Source of the DNA: Podarcis muralis
Taxonomy: Eukaryota
Assembly: GCF_964188315.1 (NCBI RefSeq)
Contig: NC_135661.1
Span: 50,344,001-50,408,000 of the forward strand
Reading direction: 5' to 3'
Length of the DNA stretch: 64,000 nucleotides
Shown here: piece by piece, positions 61,672 to 64,000 of the stretch
Layout of the letters: each line of letters opens with the position of its first letter
Numbering within the stretch: the stretch's first letter is position 1
The notes under the pieces: model-generated
The model's input: the letters and a program-made list of their open reading frames with translations, nothing else
What the model was told of the DNA's origin: nothing
Databases searched by the model: none
Translations under genes and position numbers: made by a program

Positions 61672-61866
61672 GAACATAAGGAAGCTACTTTATGTTGAGT
61701 CTGACCATTAGTCCATCTAGCACAGGACTGTCCACACTGACTGGCAGAGGCTTTTTTGGGTTTCAGATAAGAATCTCTCCCAGCCCTACCTGGAGATGCT
61801 GGGGGTTGAATTTGGGACCTTCTGCATGCAAAGTAGCTGTTCTATCCTGGAGATACAGTTCTTCCC
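61672..61866 (-). mobile_element. tRNA-derived SINE (Squam2-like)
   Basis: gaacataaggaagct ... ggggttgaatttgggaccttctgcatgcaaag. Confidence 0.8.
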
Positions 61867-62497
61867 TGATTTAGGTCATTGTCCATTTAGTCCACTTCTG
61901 TCTTTCCTGACCATTAGTGTCTCTAATTTCTCCATCTTTCCCAGAAATGTCAAGCCCAGGACCCATCCTATTCAGAACAAGCTATGTCACAAATGCATAT
62001 ATAGTTTTTATTTTGAAGCTATAGCTAATCTGGGTTTTTCTTAACCACCACACGATTGGCTTTTCAAAGGTATCTGCTCTAGGGAAACCAGAAATGGAAC
62101 ATGTGCTGGCAGATGGTTGCAAAGAGAAATTTATATAATGTTTCTTGGCACTAAGTTTGGCAGCTGACAGAATTACAAGTTTTGCCATTGCATAACCAAT
62201 ACCATGTGGCACCAAAGAAAAATGAATTGCAAAGTCATGTGAGGACTTCTTTTCAGAAGAACTGTGCCAATTCCTTCATTATCCTCTCTTTGCCAGCTCA
62301 TAGCATCCTGTGTTTTTGCCCCTAGCTGTTTGGATCTGTTCTTTCAGGGACGACCTGGTTCCTTTCTTTGATACAGGGGAAGAAGCAGTGGCTCAGTGGT
62401 AGGGGATCTGCAGACCTAGCATAAAAATCCTCTTTTCCATCACTCACTCATTATGTGGTGTTGGGTATACTGCTCAATGAATATTTTCAGTCAAAGT

Positions 62498-62700
62498 GGT
62501 AGCCGACTAGTCATAACTTACAGCACAAATGAAATAATGGCCAAGCACCGTTTTAGAGGCTACTCAATGTATTATTCCATAAGATGTAATAGATTAGCAA
62601 GAATGATGCATCTGATGAAGTTAACATTAGTTCCCAAAAGCTTTTGCCATACTAAATGTGTTAGTTTTGAAGGTGCTAGTACTATACCTTTCGTTGTTTT
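62498..62700 (+). mobile_element. Old Penelope-like remnant with a decayed hammerhead
   Basis: ggtagccgactagtc ... agcacc (antisense arm), then catCTGATGAag ... ccCAAAAGCTTttg ... gttagttttgaaggtgcta (sense arm). Same layout as 1596-1798. Confidence 0.55.
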
Positions 62701-62977
62701 GCTCAAATTTCACTGTGGTCTATTTTACAGGGTTGTTGTGAAGATAAAGCGCCTCTCTGTCCCATCCACCGATTCTGTCTTACAAGTGACTCTCTAGCTC
62801 TACATTTCCACTGTCACAAGAAATGCAGATTATGGGCCACATTTTTTCCAAGGAGCAAAAGAGGGGAATCTCAAGGAAGCAGCTTGCAGAAGACTAGAAC
62901 AAGTGAAGTAGGGGGTTCACCATGTGTCCCATTTTACAAAGATCATTCTTCTGTGGACATAGTCTTCCTCCCAAATA

Positions 62978-63197
62978 CAGTGGTACCTCGGGTTACAGAC
63001 GCTTCAGGTTACAGACTCCGCTAACCTGGAAGTAGTACTTCAGGTCAAGAACTTTGCTTCAGGATGAGAACAGAAATCACGCGGTGCGGCGGCAGTGGGA
63101 GGCCCCATTAGCTAAAGTGGTATCTCAGGTTAAGAACAGTTTCAGGTTAAGAACAGACCTCCGGAACGAATTAAGTTCTTAACCCAAAGTACCACTG
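62978..63197. mobile_element. Tc1/mariner (Tigger-like) MITE, same family as the 30025 copy
   Basis: TA|cagtggtacctcgggttacagacgc ... aacccaaagtaccactg|TA. Confidence 0.92.
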
Positions 63198-63370
63198 TAT
63201 AGCAAGATTTGTTGTATTTCTCCTTCAGTTTCATTAAATATTTCTAATGTTGCATCTAAACAGACAAATTGACATATGCAATTTTTATGCAAATATGATA
63301 GATAGATATTGGGGTGGAGGAGAGAGGCTGTCAGTCATGGGAGAGATTCTGTTTAGAGGCTGATATATCA

Positions 63371-63536
63371 CATGGAGCTCACTGGCAGAGGATCTGCTTT
63401 GGTTACATAAACTACCAGGTTCAATCCCTGACATCTCCAGGTAGGACTGAGAGAAAATCTTGTCTGAAACTCTGGAAAGCTGCTGATAATACTGAGCTAG
63501 GTGGGCCAATAGTCTGATTTGGTTTAAGGCAGTTTG
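63371..63536 (+). mobile_element. tRNA-derived SINE (Squam2-like)
   Basis: caggttcaatccctgacatctccaggtagg ... aatactgagctag ... taaggcagtttg. Confidence 0.75.
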
Positions 63537-64000
63537 TTAGGTAATATGCAACACCTGACAAACACACACCACTGGTCAGCTACTTGAGTGGTACCTATCA
63601 TTATTTTCTCCAATGCTCTCTGTTATTTCTGGTCACTCTCCATATCCATCATGTGGGGAAATAGTTGATTTGTGGGTTTCTCACAACAAACCACTTTGCA
63701 AACATCCAATATGCAAACCTGGAGCTGTGTTGGGAAGTTTCCATTGGACACGTAAGGCCATATTTTTAGAATGGCAGAACAACCACAATTATTTCTGACT
63801 GGAGTCAACAGGAATCTGAACTTCAGGCCGAGTCCAATAACTATCATTCTTGCAAAGGATAATTCGCACCTTAGTTTTATGTGAACACTTTGCAATCTTA
63901 CATTAGAAAAAGCACTCATTTGATCTGGAATTTCTAAACCCTTTGTGGAATGTCAGTCTTTTGGTGGGATGTTTCCTCATATTCAGGAACACAGCAGCCA

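Noticed and set aside
1-64000. CRISPR arrays, operons, endogenous viral genes, rRNA, snRNA
   Set aside because: I saw no regularly spaced repeat-spacer array, no long viral ORF and no recognisable structural RNA gene. The sequence is vertebrate non-coding DNA.

Overview
This is vertebrate non-coding DNA, most likely from a lacertid lizard: the Sauria/POM-type SINE copies are close to the Podarcis-type sequence as I recall it, and other squamate repeats are present. I find no convincing host protein-coding exon, no true tRNA or rRNA gene, and no CRISPR or prokaryotic features. The window looks like a large intron or gene desert, with transposon fossils separated by repeat-free blocks that resemble conserved regulatory DNA. 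The repeats include a young 5'-truncated L1 with an 18-bp TSD, CR1/L3/L2 fragments, several SINE families, and Tc1/mariner- and hAT-type MITEs. The standout is a 203-bp Penelope-like (PLE) remnant at 1596-1798 with a 13-bp TSD, nested in a mariner-type MITE. It consists only of head-to-head pseudo-LTRs forming a perfect 77-bp inverted repeat, and it carries an intact minimal type-I hammerhead ribozyme (1701-1738) of the dimer-dependent class. A decayed relative lies at about 62.5-62.7 kb. Family names come from recalled consensus motifs, not database searches, and boundaries of old repeats are approximate.
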